Shown in pieces: positions 11,110-23,487 of a DNA stretch of 64,000 nt. Position numbers and translations under genes: made by a program. Positions within the stretch are counted from its first letter, which is position 1. Each line of letters starts with the position of its first letter. The stretch comes from Naegleria gruberi (lineage: Eukaryota). The stretch lies in the NCBI GenBank assembly GCA_000004985.1, contig GG738855.1; one strand, written 5' to 3'. Under the pieces are notes generated by a model that was not told where the DNA came from, ran no database searches, and saw only the letters and a program-made list of their open reading frames with translations.

Positions 11110-14100
11110 TCAACCTGTTATGGTATTATATGTGGAATTATTATTGGCTATTAGTTTGGTTGTTGGTTTGATCTTGTTTCGTCTTTCATTGAGTGATTGT
11201 TTGAAATTAATCATTTGAGAGATGAGATCCTTCTTTTGAACAACAGCTGTATGTAGTTTACGGTTCTCAAACAGATAATCTTTAACAAGTTCTCTAATTG
11301 ATTGTTCCATTTCTTTGGGTGTTTTCTGGGTACTGTCTGGGTCCATTATCTTGTGAATGATTGATTTTGAGAGTGAATACTTTAGCGATACTTCTCGTTG
11401 CATCAAATGTGCCTCTTTTGTTATGCCATCAAGCCTATTAATGGCAGAATTATTTGTAAAAAGTAGTGAGAAAACGATAACGAGTATAATAATGGTAAAG
11501 ACAACGTCTCTCATATCCCACGAAAGTTTGATACCTGGTTCAACAACTTCCTTAACAAGATACGATAAAATAGTGGAGATATAACCCATGGCTTGTTCCA
11601 TAACCATCATTAGGAAGCCCCATAATGCTGATAATAGAGGTCCTGGACTTGTTAATTGTCTTGGACGTTCATCAGTAATAGTGAGCGATGAATGAGAGGC
11701 CCCAATAACCTCTTCCGTGGTTACTGTCTCAATATTGGTTGTGAGAGGAGAAGGTGTTACTGTCTTCTTACTGGATTTGGTTTTTGGATCAAAGGTAGGA
11801 GACATATCGAGACTATTACTACTCAATGAATGAACTGGAGGAGTGATAGTTAAATGAGAAGTAGATGATTGTCCAACAGTCTTAACTCTCTTGCTCACAG
11901 GTTCATCACTTCCAACCATTGAAATTGTAGATCCATAAGTTAAGTCATCATCAGAGCTGTCAGAGAATTCATCAGAAAGTTTTCTAGGTGTTGGAGGAGG
12001 AGATGAATCTAAACACTGAGGTGGAGGTAGTAAACTGTCAAGAGGAGGCATATCCTTTGGAAAACCTCCATCCAATGACACCATTGTTGACATTACAGTT
12101 GCTTCCCATGCTTTTGACTGTTGGTCAACCCGAGTATTTCTCTTTTCTTCAACTATTGCACGAATTTGCTCTTCCATAAGATTAAGAATGAGCAAAAGTC
12201 TGTTTTTCACAGCCTTGAGCACGCTCGATTCAGTAGATTTACTTCTCCAGAAAAAAGTTCCTCCCTTGCATTGTGCAGTTCCACTGATTTGAATTTCACA
12301 TTCTTTTCTGAGGAGAAGATTGGAAGGTTTTACATCCTTGACAACATACTTGACATCGAATTGGAACATTTGGTTATTAGGTAAATCTTGGGTAGCACCA
12401 GACGTGAATAAAATGAAATATGACATTGGTATTTCATCGGCTTTCATCGTTTTGGATTGTTGTAATTTTGGAGGATTTTCCATCACTACTATCCTTTGAG
12501 TTTCTAAAATTCTTGAAGCATTCTGGGTAAAGGCACTGAAATAGTTAGGATATGAGCCTCCAACCTTGTAAGTTATACCTCTCACGGATGGAGTTCCTAT
12601 TTGGAAATCAACCCAGTCATATATTTCAATTTCTTGATCTCCAACCTTTTCATGTGCTTGTCTCAAAAAGTTTGAGTTGCTAGCAAAGAATAATTGGAAT
12701 ACCTCTGCAGCAGAAATGCCTACAAGAGGTTTAGTAACAAGGGTCTTCATTTTAGGATTCTTCTTGTCAGTTGGTTTGAAAATATCATTCACCTCAACTT
12801 GGGTATGGTTTGTGAAATTGTGTACAATCTCATCAACCATACAATCGAATTGCTCATCAAACGCTTGGGATGGAGGTTCAATAGAAAGAGTTGGAATGGC
12901 TGACTTGTCCTTCTTTTTGGATCTTCTCTTTTTTGGTTCAGTCTCATCGGCTGAATGTTCTGAGAGTGATGTTGAACCATGTCCACCATGGTCAGAAATG
13001 AATGTACGTCTTTCTTCATAATCTGACAGGTCACTATGTCCATTAGAGAAATGTTTGGAATTATCATGGTTTACAGGAGAGCTGAGGGAAATTGAACGTC
13101 TGTGTTTTGAATCAGCAGCATTGGATTTGCTTGATGGTGGAGTGAAGATTTTTCTCTCAATCAAATTATTAGCTAGGGCCTCTTCTAAAGGAGAGAGGAA
13201 TTTTTTAGAAGTGCTTGTAGAAGAATCAGAGTTTGACTGCTGATCCACAGAAACTCTCTTCTTTGAAAGGTAACTCTTTTTAAGGGTTGAAAGGGCATCT
13301 TTGGATTTGACATGTTGCAAATGATTTGTAACCTTGCCATTGGCAGTTTCCAATCTTACAACATTGAGCATATCATTAAATGTTTTGAAAGCTCTCTGGA
13401 ATGTATAGGTACTATCAAATGCAAAGAATTCATACTTCTTAATGAGTCGTATTGGAGGAGGAGAGTACTCTCCATTTCCAGTATCACTCTTCTCTGTAAC
13501 TGTCATGCACATGTTTTTCTCTGGGTTCTTTTCGATAATCTCAATGTTTGCCAGTTGAACCTCAATCATTTTTGGTAATGCCTGTCCATTAGTTGGGTAC
13601 TGATTCAAGCTCATATCAACATCAATGAGAAAGACAATTCTATTGGAAGTAAGTAGAACTGTTCCAATCAGATCCAATGCGACATCTCTTTCTTCCCTAT
13701 TACTGTCATTTGAAATTGTTACAACAATACATTTACAACCAATATTTCTACAATCCATGCAGAGAGTCTCATTAGATTTCATTATTGAAACATAATCACT
13801 CTCATCCATTACGGAATTAACATTGTTATTATTATAATTGTGCTCGCTTTTTGCTAGAAGATCATCCTTCATTGATGGATACTTTTTCATTATTGGCACT
13901 CCAACTTTTGATGATTTGGGTGGAGAAAAAGATTGTGAAAATACTACATGGTGATCATGAGAAAGATTACTATTTGGGAGAGGGCAGGAATGATGACTAA
14001 GGGAGGAAGAATATGAGGAGAGATCCTGAGAACAATTACTTTTAGATCTTGTGTGTGGTTGCTGTTGTGGCATTTGTTCTGTTGATGCTGATAATAATGA

Positions 14101-14841
14101 TTGTTGCTGTTGTTGATTGTTGTTACTGAGGAGAGAAGATATGGAATTGATACTCATAGTTCTAGGCTTTGCCTGTTGTTCAATGACCTCTATTGAGGGG
14201 GTTGTTTCAGAATTATTGCAAGAGAGTGCACGTACTCGTGTTGGACTGTTACCAATACTAGTAGTACTATCACTATTATTACTATCAATAACAATGTTTG
14301 TTATTGGTTCGATGAGTAATGTCGGATGAGAGTGTTGATGATCAAGATTCAAACACCCAACACTAGCAGAAGAGTGGAGTAGGGGTGAATGATCCTTTTT
14401 CTTTGTACTTGGATTGTGTAATTCTGTTGTTGAGGGTTTCGCATTGCGAACAGTTGTTTGTTCGCCATTCAAACCTTCCAATTCTTTGGAGGACAAGTTT
14501 GTCGGTTTCGAATGTATTGTTGCTGATTGGTTTTTTGGGTTGAGTAGTTGGGTTACATCAATATTACTTGATTCAGAATGGTGATGAGAAGGTTTTGGAG
14601 GGGTAGGAAGAGGAATTAATCTCGATGAGTTTCTTCGTGGTTTTACTCCTTGTTCAGCTTCTTGTTTTTGATTAGAGGTATTGACTGATAGAGTTGTATT
14701 AAGACCACTACTACTATTATCAGAAGAGGATTGGAGGGGTATTGATTGTGTCTCGGAGATGATGATGTTTTGTTGCTGCTCTGTCACAATAGGTGAAGGA
14801 GATGGTTGACTCATTTTTTGTTGTTTGATACTATCACCCAT
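11110..14841 (-). CDS. GRAM and VASt domain sterol/lipid-transfer protein (Lam/Ysp2/GRAMD1-like), C-terminal transmembrane anchor
   Basis: The long ORF has an S/N/Q-rich N-terminus, a GRAM-like segment (MTVTEKSDTGNGEYSPPPIRLIKKYEFFAFDSTYTFQRAFKTFNDM), a VASt-like segment (AAEVFQLFFASNSNFLRQAHEKVGDQEIEIYDWV...GITYKVG) and a hydrophobic helix near the C-terminus (VVFTIIILVIVFSLLF). The start is assigned to ATG at 14841 (MGDSIKQQKMSQPSPSP); the ORF track extends further upstream through alternative starts. Confidence 0.7.
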   Translation of the reverse strand: MGDSIKQQKMSQPSPSPIVTEQQQNIIISETQSIPLQSSSDNSSSGLNTTLSVNTSNQKQEAEQGVKPRRNSSRLIPLPTPPKPSHHHSESSNIDVTQLLNPKNQSATIHSKPTNLSSKELEGLNGEQTTVRNAKPSTTELHNPSTKKKDHSPLLHSSASVGCLNLDHQHSHPTLLIEPITNIVIDSNNSDSTTSIGNSPTRVRALSCNNSETTPSIEVIEQQAKPRTMSINSISSLLSNNNQQQQQSLLSASTEQMPQQQPHTRSKSNCSQDLSSYSSSLSHHSCPLPNSNLSHDHHVVFSQSFSPPKSSKVGVPIMKKYPSMKDDLLAKSEHNYNNNNVNSVMDESDYVSIMKSNETLCMDCRNIGCKCIVVTISNDSNREERDVALDLIGTVLLTSNRIVFLIDVDMSLNQYPTNGQALPKMIEVQLANIEIIEKNPEKNMCMTVTEKSDTGNGEYSPPPIRLIKKYEFFAFDSTYTFQRAFKTFNDMLNVVRLETANGKVTNHLQHVKSKDALSTLKKSYLSKKRVSVDQQSNSDSSTSTSKKFLSPLEEALANNLIERKIFTPPSSKSNAADSKHRRSISLSSPVNHDNSKHFSNGHSDLSDYEERRTFISDHGGHGSTSLSEHSADETEPKKRRSKKKDKSAIPTLSIEPPSQAFDEQFDCMVDEIVHNFTNHTQVEVNDIFKPTDKKNPKMKTLVTKPLVGISAAEVFQLFFASNSNFLRQAHEKVGDQEIEIYDWVDFQIGTPSVRGITYKVGGSYPNYFSAFTQNASRILETQRIVVMENPPKLQQSKTMKADEIPMSYFILFTSGATQDLPNNQMFQFDVKYVVKDVKPSNLLLRKECEIQISGTAQCKGGTFFWRSKSTESSVLKAVKNRLLLILNLMEEQIRAIVEEKRNTRVDQQSKAWEATVMSTMVSLDGGFPKDMPPLDSLLPPPQCLDSSPPPTPRKLSDEFSDSSDDDLTYGSTISMVGSDEPVSKRVKTVGQSSTSHLTITPPVHSLSSNSLDMSPTFDPKTKSSKKTVTPSPLTTNIETVTTEEVIGASHSSLTITDERPRQLTSPGPLLSALWGFLMMVMEQAMGYISTILSYLVKEVVEPGIKLSWDMRDVVFTIIILVIVFSLLFTNNSAINRLDGITKEAHLMQREVSLKYSLSKSIIHKIMDPDSTQKTPKEMEQSIRELVKDYLFENRKLHTAVVQKKDLISQMINFKQSLNERRNKIKPTTKLIANNNSTYNTITG

Positions 14842-14903
14842 CAAGATGATGAATATAATGAAGTACTTCAAATATATTTGAAGAGGATGTCCTACATGTT
14901 TAA

Positions 14904-16384
<1,481 letters not shown>

Positions 16385-16407
16385 TTTATTTGTAATATAC
16401 ACAGAGT

Positions 16408-16964
16408 TTAGAAACAACAGTCACAACTAATTCAAAATTTTGAATAAAAATATAATTGAAAAAAAACACTTACTCGAATGGACACAGGTCAGTATTTCCT
16501 CCTCTTCCAATTTTAAGCTCATCAGCTTGATAAACAATCAAACCATCAATTGTCTTTTTTCCTTGTCTCTTATTTTGACTTGCAAAATCTTCATTACTTT
16601 CGAAAAGGTCATCTGCTGAAGTACTAGATGAAGCAGCAGCTTGTTTGGCCTCTTCTTTCTTTTTCAATTTTTCAATTTTTCTATTCTCCTTAATTTCAGT
16701 CTTTACATTTTCAAAAATATCATCAATTTTCTCCACCTTTTTCTTTTCTACATTTTCCGATTTCTTTTCTACTTTCTTTTCTTGTTTTTCCGATACTTTC
16801 TTTGAATTGTTATTATTTGTTTTTTGAGTATTTATAGTCTCCTTCAATTTTTCCTTCTTCTTTTTATCGGTTGCATTTGCTGCAATCGGATTAGTTTGCA
16901 TCTTCTTTTGTTTTTCCACCTTTTTAATTTTATCCAATAGTCCACCTTTCTTGTTGTTAGCCAT
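16408..16964 (-). CDS. Small lysine-rich protein of the DUF1764-like family with a C-terminal CPFDCDCCF motif; join(16964..16474,16426..16408)
   Basis: ORF 16470..16964 ends ...IGRGGNTDLCPFE at a GTAAGTG donor. After a 47-nt intron with an AG acceptor, a 19-nt terminal exon completes ...CPFDCDCCF plus a stop. Total 510 nt = 170 codons. The K/E-rich body and Cys-rich C-terminus look like a conserved small eukaryotic protein family; the family name is recalled from memory, not verified. Confidence 0.5.
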
Positions 16965-17045
16965 TTTTTTTCAATTCAATTTTGAATGTTCGTTTTAGTA
17001 ATAATAATTGAAGTTGTTACAAGAAAACAATCAAACTTAAAAAAA
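16965..17045. promoter_or_regulatory. About 81-bp divergent (bidirectional) promoter between the DUF1764-like gene (minus strand) and PPIL3 (plus strand)
   Basis: The two start codons face away from each other, 81 bp apart. The interval is an AT-rich spacer with an A-run immediately before the plus-strand ATG. Confidence 0.4.
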
Positions 17046-17573
17046 ATGTCTGTTACACTGCAAACCAATCTCGGAAATATTAAAATTGAATTATTCTGTG
17101 AGCAGTGCCCAAAAACTTGTAAAAACTTTTTAGCATTGTGTGCTTCTGGATATTATAATAATTCAATTTTTCATCGTAATGTTCCGAAATTTATTATTCA
17201 AGGAGGTGATCCAGAAGGAACAGGAAAGGGAGGAAAATCAATTTATGGCAAATTCTTTGAAGATGAATTTAGTGAAGAATTAATACATGGAGATAGAGGA
17301 TTTGTAGGAATGGCCAACCGATCAAAGCCTAATACAAATTCTAGTCAATTTTATTTTACATACGAACCACAACCACAACTCAACAATCAGTGTACAGTTT
17401 TTGGGAAGATTATTGATGGACTAAAAGTTTTGGATAAGATGGAAGCTATTCCTGTGGATGGTAAATATAAACCTGTTCAGGAAATTAAAATTCTTGATGT
17501 ACATATTCATTCGAATCCGATTGCAGTTTTTAGTGATATTGTGGATAATGGAAAAGTCAATAATAACAAGTAA
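17046..17573 (+). CDS. PPIL3: Peptidyl-prolyl cis-trans isomerase-like 3 (cyclophilin PPIL3)
   Basis: MSVTLQTNLGNIKIELFCEQCPKTCKNFLALCASGYYNNSIFHRNVPKFIIQGGDPEGTGKGGKSIYGKFFEDEF... is colinear with human PPIL3 (MSVTLHTDVGDIKIEVFCERTPKTCENFLALCAS...). Start assigned to the internal ATG at 17046. Confidence 0.88.
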   Translation: MSVTLQTNLGNIKIELFCEQCPKTCKNFLALCASGYYNNSIFHRNVPKFIIQGGDPEGTGKGGKSIYGKFFEDEFSEELIHGDRGFVGMANRSKPNTNSSQFYFTYEPQPQLNNQCTVFGKIIDGLKVLDKMEAIPVDGKYKPVQEIKILDVHIHSNPIAVFSDIVDNGKVNNNK

Positions 17574-17684
17574 ATTATATTTGTGGAAATACTGTATTAT
17601 TCGATAACATGTAGACAACAAATAGATCTGTAAATAATTAACAGTGCTCTAGAAGAAAAACATCAAGTTTCCTAGGAAAATAAA

Positions 17685-18831
17685 TTATTCATCTTGTTGT
17701 TCTGCCAAGTATGAGTACATGTATTTGTAATTCTTATCTTCAGTGTAGGAGGCATATTGATTTTCCTTAGAAATCAAAGGTAGATCAACACTATGGTAGA
17801 GGACTGCAGAATTTTTAGTGTTATATCCAACATCAAAATTACTCCACAATAAGGCCTTTCGTTCTTCTTCACTTCTTCTAAAGTATTCTCTCACAGAATC
17901 TCTGATTACTGATTGTACATAGTTGAGTGGAGCCAACTTGTAATAGTCCTCCAAGTTAACCCATTTGCACCTACTGAGCTCTCTCTCATCCATTGTAATC
18001 TTTCTACTCTTGGCTTTCAATAAACACAAAAAGTAAAAATCAGATTTTCCAAATCTAAAGCCAAACATGTGACGGAAACCAAATATGCCAACAAACTCAG
18101 CCTTTACTCCAGTTTCTTCAAAAACTTCTCTGATAGCACCATCTCCGATATGTTCATCTGGATTATCAACACTTCCACCTGGTACTTTCCAATGATAATC
18201 ATCTGTAGCTCCTTTTGGCTTTCTCATTTGGTGTCTTTCACAACAGAGCAAAATTTGATTTTTGGCAAAGTCAATAACAATACCTCCTGAGATTATTTTC
18301 AACATTAAAATTTCAATAATAAATGATTTAAATAATGAATATATGAAGAAATGAAAACATACCTGCACCAACATAGTGTTGACAATATCTTGGAATTTTG
18401 TTTGTGTCAACTGGGTTGTATACATCAGGCAACCATCTTGTCAACATGAGCAAGTCTCCATCAGTGTGATGAAGTTTAAATTCGAATTTTTTCAATAATA
18501 TTGGAATATATTCGGAATAATCTGTATGAACATAAACCCAAACACCTCTTCTCTTCTTATGAATCCAATATTGAATTGAATTTTTCATCAACTCTTCAAA
18601 ATTATCAATTACCGCATCAAGTGTAACATTCACTCCTGAATATCTATCCCAATTACCATTCACTATTTCTAGAGATTGTTCATTGTTTTCTTCTTTAATT
18701 TTGACAGTTTCAATTCGGAAGGAAAATTTAGGTCTATTATCACCTTCACCACATGTTGTTGCTATTGTAATAGAGGTGCTATTGTTAATTTCACTGTGGG
18801 AAGCAGTGGTAGGGTTATTGTTTGCAATCAT
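17685..18831 (-). CDS. Nudix hydrolase, NUDT6-like (N-terminal domain plus Nudix fold); join(18831..18363,18286..17685)
   Basis: The Nudix box GGSVDNPDEHIGDGAIREVFEETGV is present. ORFs 18328..18831 and 17685..18425 join through a 76-nt GTATGT..CAG intron to give ...QHYVGAGGIVIDFAKNQILLCCER.... Total 1071 nt = 357 codons. Confidence 0.75.
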
Positions 18832-19102
18832 TTTTTTGATCTTATTGCTTCTAGAATAATAATAGATGGCAACACCTAAAGACTCAGTTCAGAATTGAAT
18901 TATTCTTCACATTCCCAGAGAGAATGAGAAGAAAATAGAATTTTGAACAAGAGTGAAAAATTGTTCATTTGAGAAATGAGAAAATCAGAGAATCCAATTT
19001 CGCAATACGAAAGTAGAATACATAGAATAAAACTGTAGATGATTAATTACAATTACAATGAAGATTTAAGACAATATTATTATTAAAATTATTTAAAGAA
19101 AA

Positions 19103-20617
19103 ATGAACAATATCACATCATCATCAACCTATTCGGGAAGACGATTAGTTGGATTAATTTCAATCCTCAAGACAACAAGGTTTTTCCGATCATCATCAAC
19201 ACCATTATCATCCTCCAAAACAATAATAGGAATAAATCAAAATTATCATACATTTGAATTTAAATTAAATACGACCTATGGCCAACAACAACAATATAAT
19301 TATCATACCTCTGTAATTCATAATTTGACCAATGATGCCAATAGTATGAAACGATATTTGGCAAAGAAGAAGACAAGTGTGGAGGCCTTGATCGCATCTA
19401 GCAAAATAACAGACGCTCTGAAATTATTCTATGAATCATCATCACCAAAACGTAGAGATGCAGAGCGTTTGATACTTTCCGAAAGTTTATCCTTTGAAGA
19501 GATCTTGGCTGTCTATTATCATATTAAACAGAAATGTGGAATTGATGAGAAGATTATTGCTGCCATGTTAAGTGTCGGTAAAGACAGAAAGTATCCTGAG
19601 AGGGACAAAATTCTCGATGATATATATGATTATATCATGTCTCTCCCATTAGGAGAGAAGAATAGTATGAATGCATTCAAATGGAATACTATTCTTTTTC
19701 AATTTAGTGATGAATCTTCAATCTTCAATACTCAGAGAGCTTTGAATTTATTGAATAGATCGGATGAATTTGGAGCTACTCCATCAAAATATGTTATTGG
19801 ACGCTTACTTCTTGCTTGTACCAATAGTGAAATGTACAAGTCAGTTATTGATATATTTTCCAAATTGGAAAAGTATCACATTAAGCCAGATATTATTCAT
19901 TACCATTATTATATCAAAGCATTGGCCAAGATGAAATATGTAAGCCTTGCCTTGGATACTGTTAAAAAGATGGAATCTCTAAACCTCAAACCAGATGGTT
20001 TTATTTACTCTACTCTCATATCAATGTGTGGAGAGATGAAACAAATAGATATCGGAAAGCAACTTCACAAAACTGTAAAGGAGAAGGGATTGTCTAATAT
20101 TTACATCAACACCTCACTCATACACATGTATTGTGGATTTGGTATGCTTGATGAAGCTTCTGAAATATTTTACAATCTGGAGAAGAAGGATCTTGCAGCT
20201 TGGAATGCCATTATTCATGGCTATGGAACAAATAATCAACCTCAGAGATCCCTTGAGCTCTTCCAAGAAATGCAAGAGCTCAAAGTTGCACCAGACAATC
20301 AAACATTTGTTTGTCTCTTGGATGCATGTAGTGTTGGAGGACTTTTAGTTGAAGGTTTCCAAATGTTTAGATCTATGGAAAGAGAATACCATATTATACC
20401 CGACATTAGACATTATGGTTGCATGATAAAACTACTGCTACATGAAAATGAGTATCATTTGTGCTTGCAACTTTTCAAAGAAATGAAGAGTAAAAAGATT
20501 GAGACCGATCAAACCATTCAAAAGTTAGTTTTAAAGAAGATGCAAGATGATCCAGAAGCCGAAGAATTGCTTGCTTTTATGGATTCTGCAGAAAATTTTC
20601 ACAAGGGAGAAGCATAG
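19103..20617 (+). CDS. Pentatricopeptide repeat protein with plant-like PLS/E-type motifs, organelle-targeted
   Basis: 504-aa single ORF. The N-terminus is S/T/R-rich and presequence-like. Its repeats closely match plant PLS-class P/L/S and E1/E2 motif consensus, which I reproduce from memory as e.g. ALIDMYAKCGSLEDA / VVSWNAMISGYAQNG / ALELFRQMQ / PDEVTF / LSACSHAG / HYGCMVDLL. The matching segments here are NTSLIHMYCGFGMLDEASEIFYNLEKKDLAAWNAIIHGYGTNNQPQRSLELFQEMQELKVAPDNQTFVCLLDACSVGGLLVEGFQMFRSMEREYHIIPDIRHYGCMIKLL. There is no DYW domain; the stop at 20617 is followed by the next gene at 20699. Confidence 0.75.
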   Translation: MNNITSSSTYSGRRLVGLISILKTTRFFRSSSTPLSSSKTIIGINQNYHTFEFKLNTTYGQQQQYNYHTSVIHNLTNDANSMKRYLAKKKTSVEALIASSKITDALKLFYESSSPKRRDAERLILSESLSFEEILAVYYHIKQKCGIDEKIIAAMLSVGKDRKYPERDKILDDIYDYIMSLPLGEKNSMNAFKWNTILFQFSDESSIFNTQRALNLLNRSDEFGATPSKYVIGRLLLACTNSEMYKSVIDIFSKLEKYHIKPDIIHYHYYIKALAKMKYVSLALDTVKKMESLNLKPDGFIYSTLISMCGEMKQIDIGKQLHKTVKEKGLSNIYINTSLIHMYCGFGMLDEASEIFYNLEKKDLAAWNAIIHGYGTNNQPQRSLELFQEMQELKVAPDNQTFVCLLDACSVGGLLVEGFQMFRSMEREYHIIPDIRHYGCMIKLLLHENEYHLCLQLFKEMKSKKIETDQTIQKLVLKKMQDDPEAEELLAFMDSAENFHKGEA

Positions 20618-20698
20618 GGTGTATTTAAATTTATTAAGGCGAAGCTGTAATAATCCCGATTACAGTTGTTATTAATTATATAAATAATACAAGAAAAA

Positions 20699-23320
20699 AT
20701 GTCCTCAAAACCTATATTACTCACCATCAAGGTTCTTGGAGGAGAGTCTGTAAAAAAGATTGCCATCAACCCTGATGAAACTGTACAACAATTATTTGAC
20801 AAACTTTGCGAAAAGTTAAATATTACTGAAACGAAGTATTTTGGAATTTGCGAACAAATCTTTGATGATCTTAACGCACCTCTTGGTAAGTGTTTGATTT
20901 GATGGATCTAAAGACTGTACTAACACAACATTAGATCGTTTCTTGGACTTTGAAAAGACTGTGGAGGCTGAAGGAGTAACTGAATTATCAGAGCTTAAAT
21001 TTCAGGTTAAACATATCAAAAGACCTAAAGCATTCTCAGATCCTATTGCTGAGGAGTTATTCTTCAAGCAAATTCAATCTAATATTGTAAATGAAGTATA
21101 TCCATGCCCTGAAAAACTTGCAGTACTTCTTGCATCACTCACTGTACAAATACTATTCGGTAATCATAATGCTAGTAAGCACCGAGTTGGTTACTTGAAG
21201 TAAGTACCTTTTTATTTAATTGGATCTTCTAATTTTAGTATAGTAAGGTGGGATTGAACGTTTTTCTCCCTAGAACAGTCTCAAGGCATGATTATGCTTA
21301 CTGGCAAGAACGTTTATTCAACTTGCACACATTACATGACGGTCTCACAAAGAGAGAAGCCATGAGAAAATATATTGACACAGCCTCAACAATACCTTAT
21401 TTCGGAATGTCCTTCTTTGAAGTTAAGGATGATGGAAGTACAGAATTACTTCTTGGAGTGTCTGAGGATGGAGTCTTTTTCTTCAATTCACAAAATTTAA
21501 AGCTTGTACACTCAGTCCCATTCGAAATTATCTCTTCCTGGCAAATAACTGATGATGGAGTTGATGTATCTTTTGAAGAAAAAGAAGAAAGCCACACTAT
21601 TTCAATTGTAACAACACCACTCAAACAACAAATGATTCTTTCATTGATTGATGAATATTATGCACTCTTGCCAGAGAGTTATAAGAGCGATCAAAAGAAG
21701 CCAAACAATTCTAAGCCATTCTTGTTGAATGATTCTAAGATGTATTTAGATCCTGTACAAAGGGTTTTCCTAGGTAGATTTGGAAGTAGATTAGAGTATC
21801 TCAAGGGATATTATATGGAATGTTGTGCTTTGGGAAAGGAAGTTCCTGTCAGAAAATTCTGCCATGCCATTGACAAAATAATAGATCAAGAACAGGTTTA
21901 CAAAGATGTTGATCTCTCCAAGTCAAGTATTACTGATAGTAATGTCACCATTTTTACAAAGTCATTCCTAAAGGCTTTAGAATACAAGCCAGAAAAGAGT
22001 TTCCCATGGAAAGAGAATGTTGATATTGAAACAATCAATATGGAAGGAAACAATATTAAGAATGGTCTTTCATGTGTTTTAGACTTGTTGAGACAATTAA
22101 AGAAACTCAAGAGTTTTAACCTTTCTGGATCCCCAATTGGGGATGATGGAACTGTTGATCTCTCACAATCTTTAACAGTTGCTTCCGATATTAGATCTCT
22201 TAGTTTAAATGATTGCCGTATTGGAAATAAGGGTTTACAATCATTATTTGAAACCCTCAAGTGGAAAAAGAATCTTACTGTCCTAGATATTGGAAGAAAT
22301 GATTTCAATGGGCAACACATGTTAGATTTTGGAAAGTTTTTGGAAGGCAATTTATCTATTGTTGAATTGAATCTTTCCAACAATGCCAGTATTGATCAAA
22401 AAGGTCTCGAAACCTTATTAAAGTCTTTGGAAAATAACAAGAGATTGCAAATTTTGGATTTGAGTGGTATCAATATTGGACCAAAGGGAGGAGTCAAAGT
22501 AGCAGGACTTTTAGAGGTTAATCATAATATTAAATCTCTCACGCTAAGAGATACTAAGATTGGAACAGATGCCTTCTTGAAAATTGGAAGAGCCTGTAGA
22601 ACAAATTTTATAATTGAAAGCCTCGATCTAGGAAACAATCAAATTGGTAAAGGGGCAGACAAACCAACTGCTAAGGAAGCTTGTTTATTCTTAACTCAAC
22701 CAAATACTGGTATTAAGAAATTAATTCTTGATGACAATCAATTAGACTATGGATTTGGTGAGATGATTTCAGAGTGTTTGATAAACAACAAGACGCTTGA
22801 ATATCTCAATATTTCAGGAAATAACATTACTAAGAATGGATCCATTCATGAAAACTGGGGAGAGTCTATTAGAAAGTGTCAAATTAAGCACCTCAATTTT
22901 TCAAGATGCTCCCTCAAATCTGCAGCATATTTGGATATTCTTTCATCAGCTTCTTATAATCAAGGTGTTCAAGAGTTGATTTTATCTGAAAATGAGCCTA
23001 GGGAAGGTCTAAAAGGTGTGGAAGCCTTCTTGGCTAAATCACAAGTCAAACTTCTCGATTTGAGAAAAGTCAAAATGAATGATAATGTTTTCAACAAGAT
23101 TGGACTTGCACTTCAGGGTAATTCCTGTTTAGAAACTTTGGATGTCTCTGAGAATGAAATTACCAAAGATGGAGCATTGGATTTCCTCAATAACTTCTCC
23201 AACAAGAATTCTACACTTAAAACTCTAGTATTGAAATTTAATCCAATCCCAGAATCTGAAAGAGCCAATGTTGCTAAAGCCATTCTCGATCAAACTTGTA
23301 TTGAAAATGTTACCTTGTAA
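20699..23320 (+). CDS. FERM domain protein fused to ribonuclease-inhibitor-type leucine-rich repeats; join(20699..20885,20935..21199,21244..23320)
   Basis: Three exons joined by 49- and 44-nt GT..AG introns, totalling 2529 nt = 843 codons. The N-terminal ubiquitin-like FERM lobe is ILLTIKVLGGESVKKIAINPDETVQQLFDKLCEKLNITETKYFGICEQ, followed by a middle lobe and a PH-like C lobe (YFGMSFFEVKDDGSTELLLGVSEDGVFFFNS). Beyond that are about 12 RNI-like LRRs (LSGSPIGDDGTVDLSQSL..., LNDCRIGNKGLQSLFETLKWKKNLTVLDIGRNDF...). Confidence 0.65.
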
Positions 23321-23487
23321 CTTGTTAAATAAAAACTTAAGCGAACTGGCGTTTTCCACCACCAAATTAATAACAAACCAACGACGCACCGCCTCTATTT
23401 TAAAAAATTCAAAAAAATCTATTAAAAATACCTCATCACCAAAACTTCGTCATCATCAAGTAAATTAATTGCAGAATTTTATTAGCA

